Source: a virus
Taxonomy: Duplodnaviria > Caudoviricetes
Direction: 5' to 3' (one strand)
Length of the DNA: 39,521 bases
Virus record (IMG/VR): IMGVR_UViG_3300030376_000661
Location: 1 to 39,521 of that record
Below, piece by piece: positions 15,058 through 24,376 of this stretch. A model generated the notes under the pieces. The model saw nothing but the letters and a program-made list of their open reading frames with translations, did not search any database and was not told where the DNA came from. A program made the translations under genes and the position numbers. Within the stretch, counting starts at the first letter, position 1; each line of letters opens with the position of its first letter.

Positions 15058-16656
15058 ATGCAAAAAACTGAAAGTGAATTTTTATATCACACGTCTTGTG
15101 ACAATTGCAATTCTAGTGATGCAAACTCTGTCTATTCAGATGGACATGCTTTTTGCTTTTCTTGTAACACAACAACAAAAGGAAACGATTTGAATAACCC
15201 AGTATCAACAGAAACCAGTAAAGAATTTATAGAAGGTAGTATTACGGAATTAACAAAACGTAAAATTAATTACAACACAGTTCAAAAATTCAATTACCAA
15301 TCTGGTGCGTGGTTTGGCAGACCTTGTCAAATAGCAAATTACTATAATAAAAATAAAGAATTAGTTGCACAAAAACTAAGATACCCTGACAAAACTTTTC
15401 AATGGTTAGGTGATGCAAGAGAAGCAGGTTTATTTGGTCAGCATTTATGGAGAGACAAAGGAAAAATGTTGATTGTTACAGAAGGCGAGATAGATGCAAT
15501 GAGTATCTCCGCTATTAATCAAAATAAATTTCCTGTTGTAAGTATTAAATCAGGAGCTCAAGGAGCTAAGAGAGATATACAAAGAGAGCTTGAGTGGGTT
15601 GAAGGATTTGATTCTGTTTATTTTTGTTTTGACCAAGATGAACAGGGTAAAAAAGGTGCAATAGAATGTGCTAAATTACTTACACCTAACAAAGCTAAGA
15701 TATGTACGTTACCTTTAAAAGATGCAAATGAAATGATACTTGCAAATAAAGTAAAAGAATTAACAGATTGTATATGGTCTAGTAAAGCCTACAGACCTGA
15801 TGGAATTATTTTAGGTGCTGACATTTGGAATGATATACAAAAAGAAGATACTTATGTAACAGCACAATATCCATTTGAATGTTTAAACACAAAGACTCAT
15901 GGATTACGTAAAGGTGAATTAGTTACAGTAACAGCAGGTAGTGGAGTTGGTAAGTCTAGCTTTTGTAGACATGTAGCTTTAAGTTTATTAGAACAAAAAT
16001 ATTCTGTTGGATACATAGCATTAGAAGAAAGTATTAAAAGAAGTGCACTTGGAATTATGGGTGTTCACTTAAAGAAACCATTACATTTAACAAGAGAAGG
16101 AATAGATGAAGAACAATTACGTACCACCTTTGCCTCTACTATTGGTAATGGCAATTTTTATTTATATAATCACTTCGGAGCAAGTGCCGCAGATAACTTA
16201 CTTTCTAAAATAAGATATTTAGCTAAGGCTTGTAACGTAGACTGGGTTATACTTGACCATTTACACATGGCATTGTCTGCATTAGGTGACGAACATACTA
16301 ATGATGAAAGAAAACTTATTGATTATTTTATAAGTAAATTAAGAACCTTAGTAGAAGAGACAGGTATAGGATTAATATTAGTTAGTCATTTACGTAGGTC
16401 AACAGAAGGTGACAAAGGTTTTGAAGATGGTAAGCAAGTAACTTTAAGTAGTCTTAGAGGAAGCCAATCCATAGCTCAATTATCTGACATGGTGCTTTCC
16501 ATGAGTCGTGACTTAAAAGCAGAAAACAATATTGCAAAATTACAAATACTAAAAAATAGATTTTCAGGTGAGACTGGCAATGCTTGTAGTTTACATTATG
16601 ATTTACAAACAGGTTGTCTAGCTGAAGTAAAAGCAGAAGTTTTAGATGACTTCTGA
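15058..16656 (+). CDS. DNA primase-helicase (T7 gp4-like)
   Basis: Zn finger CDNC..SD..CFSC, TOPRIM TEGEIDA / FDQD, Walker A AGSGVGKS, ILDHL, LRGSQSIAQLSD, KNRFSG. Confidence 0.97.
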   Translation: MQKTESEFLYHTSCDNCNSSDANSVYSDGHAFCFSCNTTTKGNDLNNPVSTETSKEFIEGSITELTKRKINYNTVQKFNYQSGAWFGRPCQIANYYNKNKELVAQKLRYPDKTFQWLGDAREAGLFGQHLWRDKGKMLIVTEGEIDAMSISAINQNKFPVVSIKSGAQGAKRDIQRELEWVEGFDSVYFCFDQDEQGKKGAIECAKLLTPNKAKICTLPLKDANEMILANKVKELTDCIWSSKAYRPDGIILGADIWNDIQKEDTYVTAQYPFECLNTKTHGLRKGELVTVTAGSGVGKSSFCRHVALSLLEQKYSVGYIALEESIKRSALGIMGVHLKKPLHLTREGIDEEQLRTTFASTIGNGNFYLYNHFGASAADNLLSKIRYLAKACNVDWVILDHLHMALSALGDEHTNDERKLIDYFISKLRTLVEETGIGLILVSHLRRSTEGDKGFEDGKQVTLSSLRGSQSIAQLSDMVLSMSRDLKAENNIAKLQILKNRFSGETGNACSLHYDLQTGCLAEVKAEVLDDF

Positions 16657-16864
16657 GGAAATAAAAAAAAAGAAAAGAGCAGTGAGATGGTCAATGTATG
16701 TCATGGACGCTGTGGCAAGAGCCAAAAAATCAAAACAAACAGTAACAATTCATGTGGGTAAAGAAAGTTCCGCAATGATTCTACAAGATGCTTTATTGTC
16801 TTTAGCTTTTAGTGGAGAAGATGCCGCTTGGAATGTTATGATAGAAACACACACTTTACATTAA
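16646..16864 (+). CDS. Hypothetical protein
   Basis: 72 aa, overlaps the helicase stop. Confidence 0.6.
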   Translation: MTSEEIKKKKRAVRWSMYVMDAVARAKKSKQTVTIHVGKESSAMILQDALLSLAFSGEDAAWNVMIETHTLH

Positions 16865-16866
16865 TT

Positions 16867-17148
16867 ATGAAATTACCAGAAATAAATAAACAAATATTAA
16901 ATGCACCTTTTGTAAAAGTATATTGGAAAGATATTAATTCCAACAGTGCTTGGTTAAATTTAAAGGACGCATTAAAAAGCAAAGTTACAATTTGCATTAC
17001 AGCAGGTTGGTTAATTAAAGCAGATAAAGATGTTCATATAATTGTTGGAGATGTAAATTTTGAAGATAATGGAACACTGGGTGATGTTGGAAACATAACA
17101 ACAATGCCTTCAGTAAACGTAATAAAGATAAAGAAGATTAAATTATGA
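16867..17148 (+). CDS. Hypothetical protein
   Basis: ATG 16867 just after the previous stop; VKVYWKDI...ITAGWL motif. Confidence 0.65.
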   Translation: MKLPEINKQILNAPFVKVYWKDINSNSAWLNLKDALKSKVTICITAGWLIKADKDVHIIVGDVNFEDNGTLGDVGNITTMPSVNVIKIKKIKL

Positions 17149-18842
17149 GATACTGCTTTGATATAGAAACAGATGGATTTTTAGATACAGCTACTAAAGT
17201 TCATTGCATTATCTTAAAAGATATAGACAAAAATAAAATACTTCATCTTAATAATGAAGAAGCTGTAAAGAAATTAGAAGAAGCTCAATTAATAATTGGT
17301 CACAACATAATCAAGTTTGACATACCAGTTTTAGAAAAGTTTTATAATTTTAAATCAAAAGCAAAAGTTTTTGATACCATAGTAGCAACTAGATTACTAT
17401 TCCCTGATATTAAAGACCAAGATTTTAAATATAAGAATTTTCCAAGAGACTGTATTGGCAGACACAGCTTGAAAGCGTGGGGTAACAGGGTGGGCGAGTA
17501 CAAAGAACAGTTTGATACAGATTGGAAAGAATTTAGTGTGGGTATGCTAGAGTATTGTATCCAAGATGTTCAAGTGACTCACACTTTATTCAATATGATT
17601 GAGAAAAAAGGTTACTCTCAACAAGCTATGGACTTAGAGCACACTGTAGCTGACATAATATATAAACAAGAACAATATGGTTTTACTTTTAATAAAGAGA
17701 AAGCCGAACAATTATATACTAGATTAAATACTAGAAGAATAGAATTAGAAGAACAGTTACAAAAAATATTCTTACCTATAACTGAGAAAAGAATTTCAGA
17801 AAAAACTGGTAAACAATTGAAAGATAAGGTTATTATCTTCAATCCTAGTTCACGTCAACACATAGCAGATAGACTTAAAACAAAATACAATTGGGAAGCC
17901 AAAGAGTTTACTAATGATGGTAAACCAAAACTAGATGATACTGTATTAAGTAGACTAGAATATCCTGAAGCAAAAATTTTATGTGAACATTTTTTATTAG
18001 ATAAAAGAATTGCACAACTAGCGACTGGTACACAAGCATGGTTAAAACGTGAGAACAACGGTAAAATACATGGCACTTGTAATACTAATTCTACAGTAAC
18101 AGCACGTGCAAGTCATTCGTATCCAAACATGGCACAAGTTCCAAGTGTGTCTGTACCTTTTGGTAAAGAATGTAGAGAATTATTTACTGTACCTACTGGA
18201 AAAAAATTAGTTGGTATAGATATATCAGGACTTGAAGTTAGAATGTTAGCTCACTTTATGTCTAAGTATGACAATGGAGATTACACTAAAGTAGTATTAG
18301 ATGGTGATATACACACAGAGACTCAGAAACTTGCAGGGTTAGAGTCAAGAGATATTGCAAAGCGTTACTACTATTGCTTTTTATATGGTGGTGGCGTTAA
18401 ACGTATCGCTGAAGTTATAGGTAAAAAAGTTGGTGAAGCCTCAAAGATTAAAAAAAGATTCTTAAATAATTTACCTGCTCTAAGTAAGTTAATAGAGCAA
18501 GTACAATTAGCATCAGAAAGAGGACATTTAGTTGGTCTTGATAAAAGAAAAATTAAAGTACGTTCTTCTCATGCCGCACTCAATACACTTTTACAGAGCT
18601 CAGGAGCTTTAGTTTGTAAGCAGTGGTTAGTTGAGTTTAATAAATTAATTAAGGATATTCCTGACACTCAACAAGTTGTTTGGGTGCATGATGAGATACA
18701 GGTTGAGTGTCTTGAAAAAGATGCAGAAACCGTTGGTAGGTTAGCTGTCAAAGCCATTGAATGTACTGGCAAACACTTCCAATTACGACTCCCTTTAACA
18801 GGAGAATTTAAAATCGGTAACAATTGGAGTGAAACACATTAA
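17145..18842 (+). CDS. Family A DNA polymerase (T7 gp5-like)
   Basis: ExoI FDIETDG, GHNIIKFD, ExoIII YCIQDV, motif A DISGLEVR, motif B RDIAKRYYYCFLYG, motif C VHDEIQ. Confidence 0.97.
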   Translation: MRYCFDIETDGFLDTATKVHCIILKDIDKNKILHLNNEEAVKKLEEAQLIIGHNIIKFDIPVLEKFYNFKSKAKVFDTIVATRLLFPDIKDQDFKYKNFPRDCIGRHSLKAWGNRVGEYKEQFDTDWKEFSVGMLEYCIQDVQVTHTLFNMIEKKGYSQQAMDLEHTVADIIYKQEQYGFTFNKEKAEQLYTRLNTRRIELEEQLQKIFLPITEKRISEKTGKQLKDKVIIFNPSSRQHIADRLKTKYNWEAKEFTNDGKPKLDDTVLSRLEYPEAKILCEHFLLDKRIAQLATGTQAWLKRENNGKIHGTCNTNSTVTARASHSYPNMAQVPSVSVPFGKECRELFTVPTGKKLVGIDISGLEVRMLAHFMSKYDNGDYTKVVLDGDIHTETQKLAGLESRDIAKRYYYCFLYGGGVKRIAEVIGKKVGEASKIKKRFLNNLPALSKLIEQVQLASERGHLVGLDKRKIKVRSSHAALNTLLQSSGALVCKQWLVEFNKLIKDIPDTQQVVWVHDEIQVECLEKDAETVGRLAVKAIECTGKHFQLRLPLTGEFKIGNNWSETH

Positions 18843-19261
18843 TGCCAAATACAAAGAAAAAGTTTTCGGACTTTGATAAAGATTTGAAGTACGGACAAGA
18901 CAGAGAAAATAGAGTTGTGTCTATTTTAGATAAAGATAAAACAAAAGTAGAAGTTAAAACTGAAAGAGACTGGTGGTTTAAAACTGGTAACATAGCTATA
19001 GAAGTAGAATGTTATGGTAAGCCTTCAGGAATAATGGCTACTAAAGCTGACTACTGGATACACATACTAGCTGATGGACAGAAAGATTATTGCAGAATGA
19101 TATTTGATGTTTCTACAGTTAAAAGGTTAGCAAAGAAATATATAAAAAACATTAAGAGTGGTGGAGACGGACACCAAAGTAGGTTTGTCTTAGTACCTTT
19201 GTCTGAAATATTTTTGAAGAAAAATTTAGACACAAAAAACAAAGAGGAAAATAAGAAATGA
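18842..19261 (+). CDS. Hypothetical protein, possible PD-(D/E)xK nuclease fold
   Basis: VEVKTE...TGNIAIE...PSGI..TKADYW pattern; ExK motif. Confidence 0.55.
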   Translation: MPNTKKKFSDFDKDLKYGQDRENRVVSILDKDKTKVEVKTERDWWFKTGNIAIEVECYGKPSGIMATKADYWIHILADGQKDYCRMIFDVSTVKRLAKKYIKNIKSGGDGHQSRFVLVPLSEIFLKKNLDTKNKEENKK

Positions 19262-20025
19262 GTGATAAATATAAAAAGAAAAGAGTATTGTTAATAGATG
19301 GTGATATACTTTTATATAAAATAGCTCTTAACAATGAGATAGATACACATTGGGGTGACGGTTTATGGACTTTACATTGTGATGAGAAGGTTTGCAAAGC
19401 AGATGTAGATGCAGTGATAGATGATTTAGGTTCTAGTTTATCCGCAGATGATTATGTTGTTGCATTAACTGATAAGAATAATTTTCGTAAAGATGTTCTT
19501 CCTTCTTATAAAAACAACAGAAGAGAAAAGCGTAAACCTATGGTGTTAAAAGCATTACGTGATTACGTTATAGAAAAACACAATGGAGTAGTGTGGAAAA
19601 ATTTAGAAGCTGATGATGTCTTAGGCATAATGGCTACTGAACCTACTCTACATGAAGAGCGTGTTATTGTTAGTATAGATAAAGATTTAAGAACAGTACC
19701 TTGTAACTTATCTGCTAATGGTGTTACGATAGAACAAATACCTGAAAGATTAGCTGACTATCAATTCATGGTTCAAACTTTGACAGGAGATAAAGTTGAT
19801 GGCTATGATGGAATAGATGGTGTAGGTATAGTGACTGCTGAAAAGTTAATTAAAAAATATACTAATGTTAAACTAAAAGATTTGTGGAAAGTTGTTAAAG
19901 GAATCTACAAAGATAAAGGTTACTCAGAAAAAGAAGCATTACAACAAGCTAGAGTAGCTCACATTTTGAGACATGGTGAATACAATAAGAAGACTGGTAA
20001 GGTTAAGTTATGGCAGATAAAGTAA
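19258..20025 (+). CDS. 5'-3' exonuclease (T7 gp6-like)
   Basis: LLIDGD, NFRK, YKNNR, LEADD, SIDKD, GDKVDGY. Confidence 0.95.
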   Translation: MSDKYKKKRVLLIDGDILLYKIALNNEIDTHWGDGLWTLHCDEKVCKADVDAVIDDLGSSLSADDYVVALTDKNNFRKDVLPSYKNNRREKRKPMVLKALRDYVIEKHNGVVWKNLEADDVLGIMATEPTLHEERVIVSIDKDLRTVPCNLSANGVTIEQIPERLADYQFMVQTLTGDKVDGYDGIDGVGIVTAEKLIKKYTNVKLKDLWKVVKGIYKDKGYSEKEALQQARVAHILRHGEYNKKTGKVKLWQIK

Positions 20026-20264
20026 AACAACCCCCTCATTATTTTAGATATAAAATAGAACCTGTTACTTTTATTATGCAGAATGATATACCTTATGCAG
20101 AAGGTAACGCTATTAAATATTTATGTCGTTGGAGATTCAAACACAAAACTAAAGAAGCTCAAATAGAAGATTTAAAAAAAGCTAGACAGTACATTGATTT
20201 AATTCTTGAAAAAGAAACTCAATCAGAAATTAAATTAAAACTAGGTAAGGGGGGTGATGCTTGA
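20010..20264 (+). CDS. DUF3310 / T7 gp1.7-like protein
   Basis: VKQPPHY, GNAIKYLCR, EDLKKARQY. Confidence 0.85.
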   Translation: MADKVKQPPHYFRYKIEPVTFIMQNDIPYAEGNAIKYLCRWRFKHKTKEAQIEDLKKARQYIDLILEKETQSEIKLKLGKGGDA

Positions 20265-20652
20265 ACATAAACATATTTTAATTAGGGCAACTGTTAAACG
20301 TCCACCTATACAAGTAGATACAATCAAAGCATGGGTAAGAAATTTAGTAGGTGACTTAGGTATGAAACCTTTAGGTGAAACTGTTGCTGTCTATGTAGAT
20401 AAAAAAGGTAACAGAGGTTTAACTTGTATACAAGCTATTGAAACATCACACATAGCATTACATTCATGGGACGAAGATAGTCCTGCTGTTATTCAATTAG
20501 ATGTCTACACTTGCAGTAAGTTAAATAAAGAAGTTGTATTTAAAGCACTAGATAAGTTTGACCCAATAGAAATTAATTACTTAACACTAGATAGACAAAA
20601 ATATTTAGACATAAAAAACAAAGATGAGATAAACAATGACAATAGATTATAA
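20257..20652 (+). CDS. speD: Pyruvoyl-dependent decarboxylase of the S-adenosylmethionine decarboxylase (SpeD) family
   Basis: HILI...GLT...IETSHIALHSWDE...QLDVYTC; self-cleavage Ser in a TSH context. Confidence 0.85.
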   Translation: MLEHKHILIRATVKRPPIQVDTIKAWVRNLVGDLGMKPLGETVAVYVDKKGNRGLTCIQAIETSHIALHSWDEDSPAVIQLDVYTCSKLNKEVVFKALDKFDPIEINYLTLDRQKYLDIKNKDEINNDNRL

Positions 20653-22393
20653 TAGAGATGAGTTGCTTACTGATTTTGGTAAGACAACATTAAAAGATAG
20701 ATACCTTTTACCACAAGAAGAGTCACCGCAAGATGGATTTATGAGAGCGGCTAAAGCATTTTCTGATAATGAAGAAATGGCTGAACGTATTTATTCTTAT
20801 GCCTCTAAACTTTGGTTTATGTATTCAACACCTATTTTATCTAATGGTGGTACTAAAAGAGGTATGCCTATTTCATGCTTTTTAAATTATGTTGGTGATA
20901 GTAGAGAAGGATTAACAGGACACTACACAGAGAACGCTTGGTTAGCTTCTGTTGGCGGCGGTATCGGTGGCTATTGGGGACATGTTAGAAGTGATGGTAC
21001 TTCAACATCAGGTGGTTCACAATCATCAGGTTCTATTCCATTTTTACACGTAGTAGATTCAGAAGTATTAGCTTTCTCTCAAGGTAAAACAAGACGTGGT
21101 AGTTATGCCGCTTATATGGATATATCTCACCCAGAAATAATTGAGTTTATAGAAATGCGTAAACCTAGTGGTGGTGACATACATAGAAAATGTCTTAACC
21201 TTCATCATGGTGTAAATATTTCTAATGAGTTTATGCAGTTAATTGATAACTGTATTAAAGAACCTACTTATGATGACAGTTGGAATCTTGTAGACCCACA
21301 CACAAAGAAGATTGTAAGAACTGTATCAGCTAGAGATTTGTGGCAAAAAATATTAGAATGTAGAGTTGCTACTGGTGAGCCTTATGTTTCATTTATAGAT
21401 ACAATCAATGAAGCACTGCCTGAATCACAAAAGAAATTAGGTTTAGAAGTACATCATTCAAACTTATGTACTGAAATAACTTTACCTACAAGTGATAATA
21501 GAACAGCAGTATGTTGTCTATCTTCTGTTAATTTAGAAAAGTATGATGAATGGAAAAATGATTCTTTATTTATACCTGACTTAATTAGATTTTTAGATAA
21601 TGTCTTACAACATTTTATTGACAACGCACCTGAAGAATTATTTAGAGCAAGATTTAGTGCTAACAATGAAAGAAGTTTAGGATTAGGAGCTATGGGTTTC
21701 CATGCTTATCTACAATCTAAAGGAATACCTTTTGAATCTGTATTGGCTAAGTCATTAAATTTAAAAATATTTAAAACAATGAAAGCACAAGCAGTAGAAG
21801 AATCTAAAAGACTTGCAGTTAAAAGAGGTGAAGCACCAGACATGGAAGGTACTGGTTTACGTAATGCACACTTACTAGCAATTGCACCTAATGCTTCTTC
21901 TTCAATTATTTGTGGAACAACATCTCCATCAATAGAACCATACAGAGCTAATGCTTATGTGCAGAAAACTATGTCAGGTTCATTTTTAGTTAAGAATAAA
22001 TACTTAGAAAAATTATTAGAGAAGAAAGGAATAAATAATGAAAAGACTTGGACTTCAATACTTGCTAATCGTGGCTCAGTATTACATATCAAAGAGTTAT
22101 CTGATTATGAAAAAGATACTTTTAAAACTGCGATTGAAATTAATCAACAATGGGTAATAGAACATGCCGCAGACAGACAACAATATATTTGTCAAGGTCA
22201 ATCAGTTAATGTATTTGTACCTGCTGATGTAAATGTAAAAGAGCTACATGATATACACATGTTAGCTTGGAAAAGAAAATTAAAAACATTATACTACTGT
22301 CGTTCAGAAGCTATTAAACGTGCAGAGTTAGTGTCTAAAAAAATAGAAAGAACAATCATACCTGAAGCTGATTGTTTGGCATGTGAGGGATAA
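20636..22393 (+). CDS. nrdA: Class I ribonucleotide reductase alpha subunit (no ATP cone)
   Basis: STPILSN, ISCFL, SNLCTEI, AIAPNASSS, KTLYY, C-terminal CLACEG. Confidence 0.97.
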   Translation: MTIDYNRDELLTDFGKTTLKDRYLLPQEESPQDGFMRAAKAFSDNEEMAERIYSYASKLWFMYSTPILSNGGTKRGMPISCFLNYVGDSREGLTGHYTENAWLASVGGGIGGYWGHVRSDGTSTSGGSQSSGSIPFLHVVDSEVLAFSQGKTRRGSYAAYMDISHPEIIEFIEMRKPSGGDIHRKCLNLHHGVNISNEFMQLIDNCIKEPTYDDSWNLVDPHTKKIVRTVSARDLWQKILECRVATGEPYVSFIDTINEALPESQKKLGLEVHHSNLCTEITLPTSDNRTAVCCLSSVNLEKYDEWKNDSLFIPDLIRFLDNVLQHFIDNAPEELFRARFSANNERSLGLGAMGFHAYLQSKGIPFESVLAKSLNLKIFKTMKAQAVEESKRLAVKRGEAPDMEGTGLRNAHLLAIAPNASSSIICGTTSPSIEPYRANAYVQKTMSGSFLVKNKYLEKLLEKKGINNEKTWTSILANRGSVLHIKELSDYEKDTFKTAIEINQQWVIEHAADRQQYICQGQSVNVFVPADVNVKELHDIHMLAWKRKLKTLYYCRSEAIKRAELVSKKIERTIIPEADCLACEG

Positions 22394-22554
22394 TGAAATG
22401 TTTTTATTGTAATGCAGAAGTAAGATGGAACAATGATTATGATACAGAAGATACTTACCCAAACTCAAAACATAATATTGTAAGTATGTATAATTGTGAT
22501 GAGTGCGATACTTGGTATGAGGTATTTCATCAAAAGAAAGAAGAAAAAAAATGA
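22393..22554 (+). CDS. 53-aa Zn-ribbon-like protein
   Basis: Read manually: MKCFYC...YNCDECDTWYEVF...; two CxxC; coupled to the nrdA stop. Confidence 0.7.
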   Translation: MKCFYCNAEVRWNNDYDTEDTYPNSKHNIVSMYNCDECDTWYEVFHQKKEEKK

Positions 22555-22661
22555 AAAAATTAATTAAAGAATTAAGCGTTTTATCTCTTTACTATAGAGA
22601 AGGAATAGTTTGGGGTTGGATAGGATTTTTATTAGGAATACTAATAGGTATGTGGATATGA
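22551..22661 (+). CDS. 36-aa membrane peptide
   Basis: MKKLIKELSVLSLYYREGIVWGWIGFLLGILIGMWI*; ATGA overlaps on both sides. Confidence 0.6.
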   Translation: MKKLIKELSVLSLYYREGIVWGWIGFLLGILIGMWI

Positions 22662-22822
22662 CAGACAGTAGTATATTTGATGGAATGGATAAACCACGTA
22701 GAAAAAGACGTAGAAGAAAGACACCAAAACAAACTGTACTGTGGACTGTCTACCACACTATCTTAGCATTAGAATTATTAGTTATAATTATAATAGAAGG
22801 GTTGGAGTTGTATGGGTTTTAA
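22658..22822 (+). CDS. 54-aa protein with Arg-rich patch and C-terminal TM helix
   Basis: ATG 22658 in tracked ORF; PRRKRRRRK followed by a hydrophobic helix. Confidence 0.6.
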   Translation: MTDSSIFDGMDKPRRKRRRRKTPKQTVLWTVYHTILALELLVIIIIEGLELYGF

Positions 22823-23000
22823 AGATTATAAAATAAGAGATGGTGTTCATATACCAACAGATAAATTTCGTAAAAATTGGAATGATATATTTGGTAAAAA
22901 GAAAAAATGTAAAACACACACAGAAGAAAAAGAAAAGACTGGAGAGTGTTGTCAGTCAGAAGAACAAGAATATTTAGAGGAGTTAAAAAACAAGATATGA
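22812..23000 (+). CDS. Hypothetical protein
   Basis: 62 aa, GGAG SD, KFRKNWNDIFGKK motif. Confidence 0.65.
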   Translation: MGFKDYKIRDGVHIPTDKFRKNWNDIFGKKKKCKTHTEEKEKTGECCQSEEQEYLEELKNKI

Positions 23001-23950
23001 GTTTATTTAAAGAGCGTATACATTACAAACCATTTGATTATGAATGGGCTTTTGAATCTTATGATTCTATGCAAAAAATGCACTGGCTACCTAGTGAAGT
23101 ACCATTACATGAAGATGTTAGAGACTGGAATGAGAGATTAACAGGTGAAGAAAAAAGTCTTATTAGTAATATATTAAAATTCTTTACACAAGGTGATGTA
23201 GATATAGCTCAAGCATACTTAGATAAATACATACCTAAATTTAAACCACCAGAAATAAGAATGATGTTATCTTCCTTTGCAACAAGTGAAGCTAATCATG
23301 CACACGCTTATTCATTACTTAATGATACAATAGGAGAAGTTCAATTATTAGACTTTAAAGCATTTCAAGAATATAAAGAAATGACTGATAAACATAACTA
23401 TCTTTTTCAAAGTAAAGGTAAAGGTTTAGAAGGATTAGCTAGAGAGATAGCTTGTTTCTCTGCATTTGGTGAAGGCTTACAATTGTTTGCTTCATTTGTA
23501 ATGCTACTTAACTTCCAAAGATACGGAAGAATGAAGGGTATGTGCCAAATAGTTACATGGTCTATCAGAGATGAGACTCATCATGTTGAGAGTATGATTA
23601 AATTATTCCATGCTTTAATAAAAGAAAACCCTCATATTTGGACAGAAAAATTTAAGGCAAGTATCTATCAAACAGCTAGAGATATGGTTGAATTAGAAGA
23701 TAAGTTTATTGATTTGGCATTTGCAATGGGTGGTATTAGAGGTTTAAAAGCAGAAGAAGTTAAACAATACATTAGATATATTGCAGATAGAAGACTACTT
23801 CAATTGTCTTTAAAACCTAATTATAATGTCAAACAGAACCCTTTAGGGTGGTTAGATTGGGTGTTAAATGGTGTAGAACATGCTAATTTCTTTGAAAATA
23901 GAGCAACAGAATATAATAAAGGGAGCGTCACAGGTAACTTATGGGAGTAA
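22997..23950 (+). CDS. nrdB: Class I ribonucleotide reductase beta subunit
   Basis: HWLPSEV, FFTQGD, EANHAHAY (radical Tyr), EGLQLF, RDETHH, NFFENRATEY. GAGGAG SD before ATG 22997. Confidence 0.97.
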   Translation: MSLFKERIHYKPFDYEWAFESYDSMQKMHWLPSEVPLHEDVRDWNERLTGEEKSLISNILKFFTQGDVDIAQAYLDKYIPKFKPPEIRMMLSSFATSEANHAHAYSLLNDTIGEVQLLDFKAFQEYKEMTDKHNYLFQSKGKGLEGLAREIACFSAFGEGLQLFASFVMLLNFQRYGRMKGMCQIVTWSIRDETHHVESMIKLFHALIKENPHIWTEKFKASIYQTARDMVELEDKFIDLAFAMGGIRGLKAEEVKQYIRYIADRRLLQLSLKPNYNVKQNPLGWLDWVLNGVEHANFFENRATEYNKGSVTGNLWE

Positions 23951-23965
23951 AGTTCCCTTTTTAGA
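23945..23965 (+). promoter_or_regulatory. Phage RNAP promoter copy 4 (structural module)
   Basis: GAGTAAAGTTCCCTTTTTAGA overlapping the nrdB stop. Confidence 0.8.
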
Positions 23966-23975
23966 CGAATAAACT

Positions 23976-24149
23976 ATGGAAGATTTAACATTACCAAAAA
24001 CTGTAGATGATTTGGTTAAACTTTTAAACAAAGTTTACCCTGAAAAATCACCTGAATTAAAAGATGATAGTAAAACTATTTACTTCAAAGCAGGACAGCG
24101 TGATGTTGTCAATTTCATTAATACTTTAAAAGAGAGGACAGAAAAATAA
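23976..24149 (+). CDS. 57-aa conserved-looking hypothetical protein
   Basis: Read manually: MEDLTLPKTVDDLVKLLNKVYPEKSPELKDDSKTIYFKAGQRDVVNFINTLKERTEK*. Confidence 0.7.
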   Translation: MEDLTLPKTVDDLVKLLNKVYPEKSPELKDDSKTIYFKAGQRDVVNFINTLKERTEK

Positions 24150-24150
24150 T

Positions 24151-24369
24151 ATGTGTTTATCAAAACCAAAAGTACCAGAAGTAAAACCTGCTCCATTACC
24201 AGTTAATATGTCACCTATTGGTGATGACTTAGCTCCTACTTTAGTAGCGGCAAGTGATATTGATGGAGATATTAAGAAAAAAGCAAAGAAAAAATCAGGT
24301 ACAAGCTCACTTAATACTACAGCAGGAGTAAATACTACTACTTCATCAGGTAGCGTTAATATTGCTTAA
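24151..24369 (+). CDS. Small virion protein preceding the portal (gp6.7/7.3-like position)
   Basis: MC start, Pro-rich, KKSGTSSL..., directly before the portal. Confidence 0.6.
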   Translation: MCLSKPKVPEVKPAPLPVNMSPIGDDLAPTLVAASDIDGDIKKKAKKKSGTSSLNTTAGVNTTTSSGSVNIA

Positions 24370-24376
24370 TCAATAA

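Noticed and set aside
14993-15193. 66-aa ORF overlapping the primase start
   Set aside because: Starts inside an intergenic hairpin, overlaps the primase Zn finger out of frame, and has no SD.
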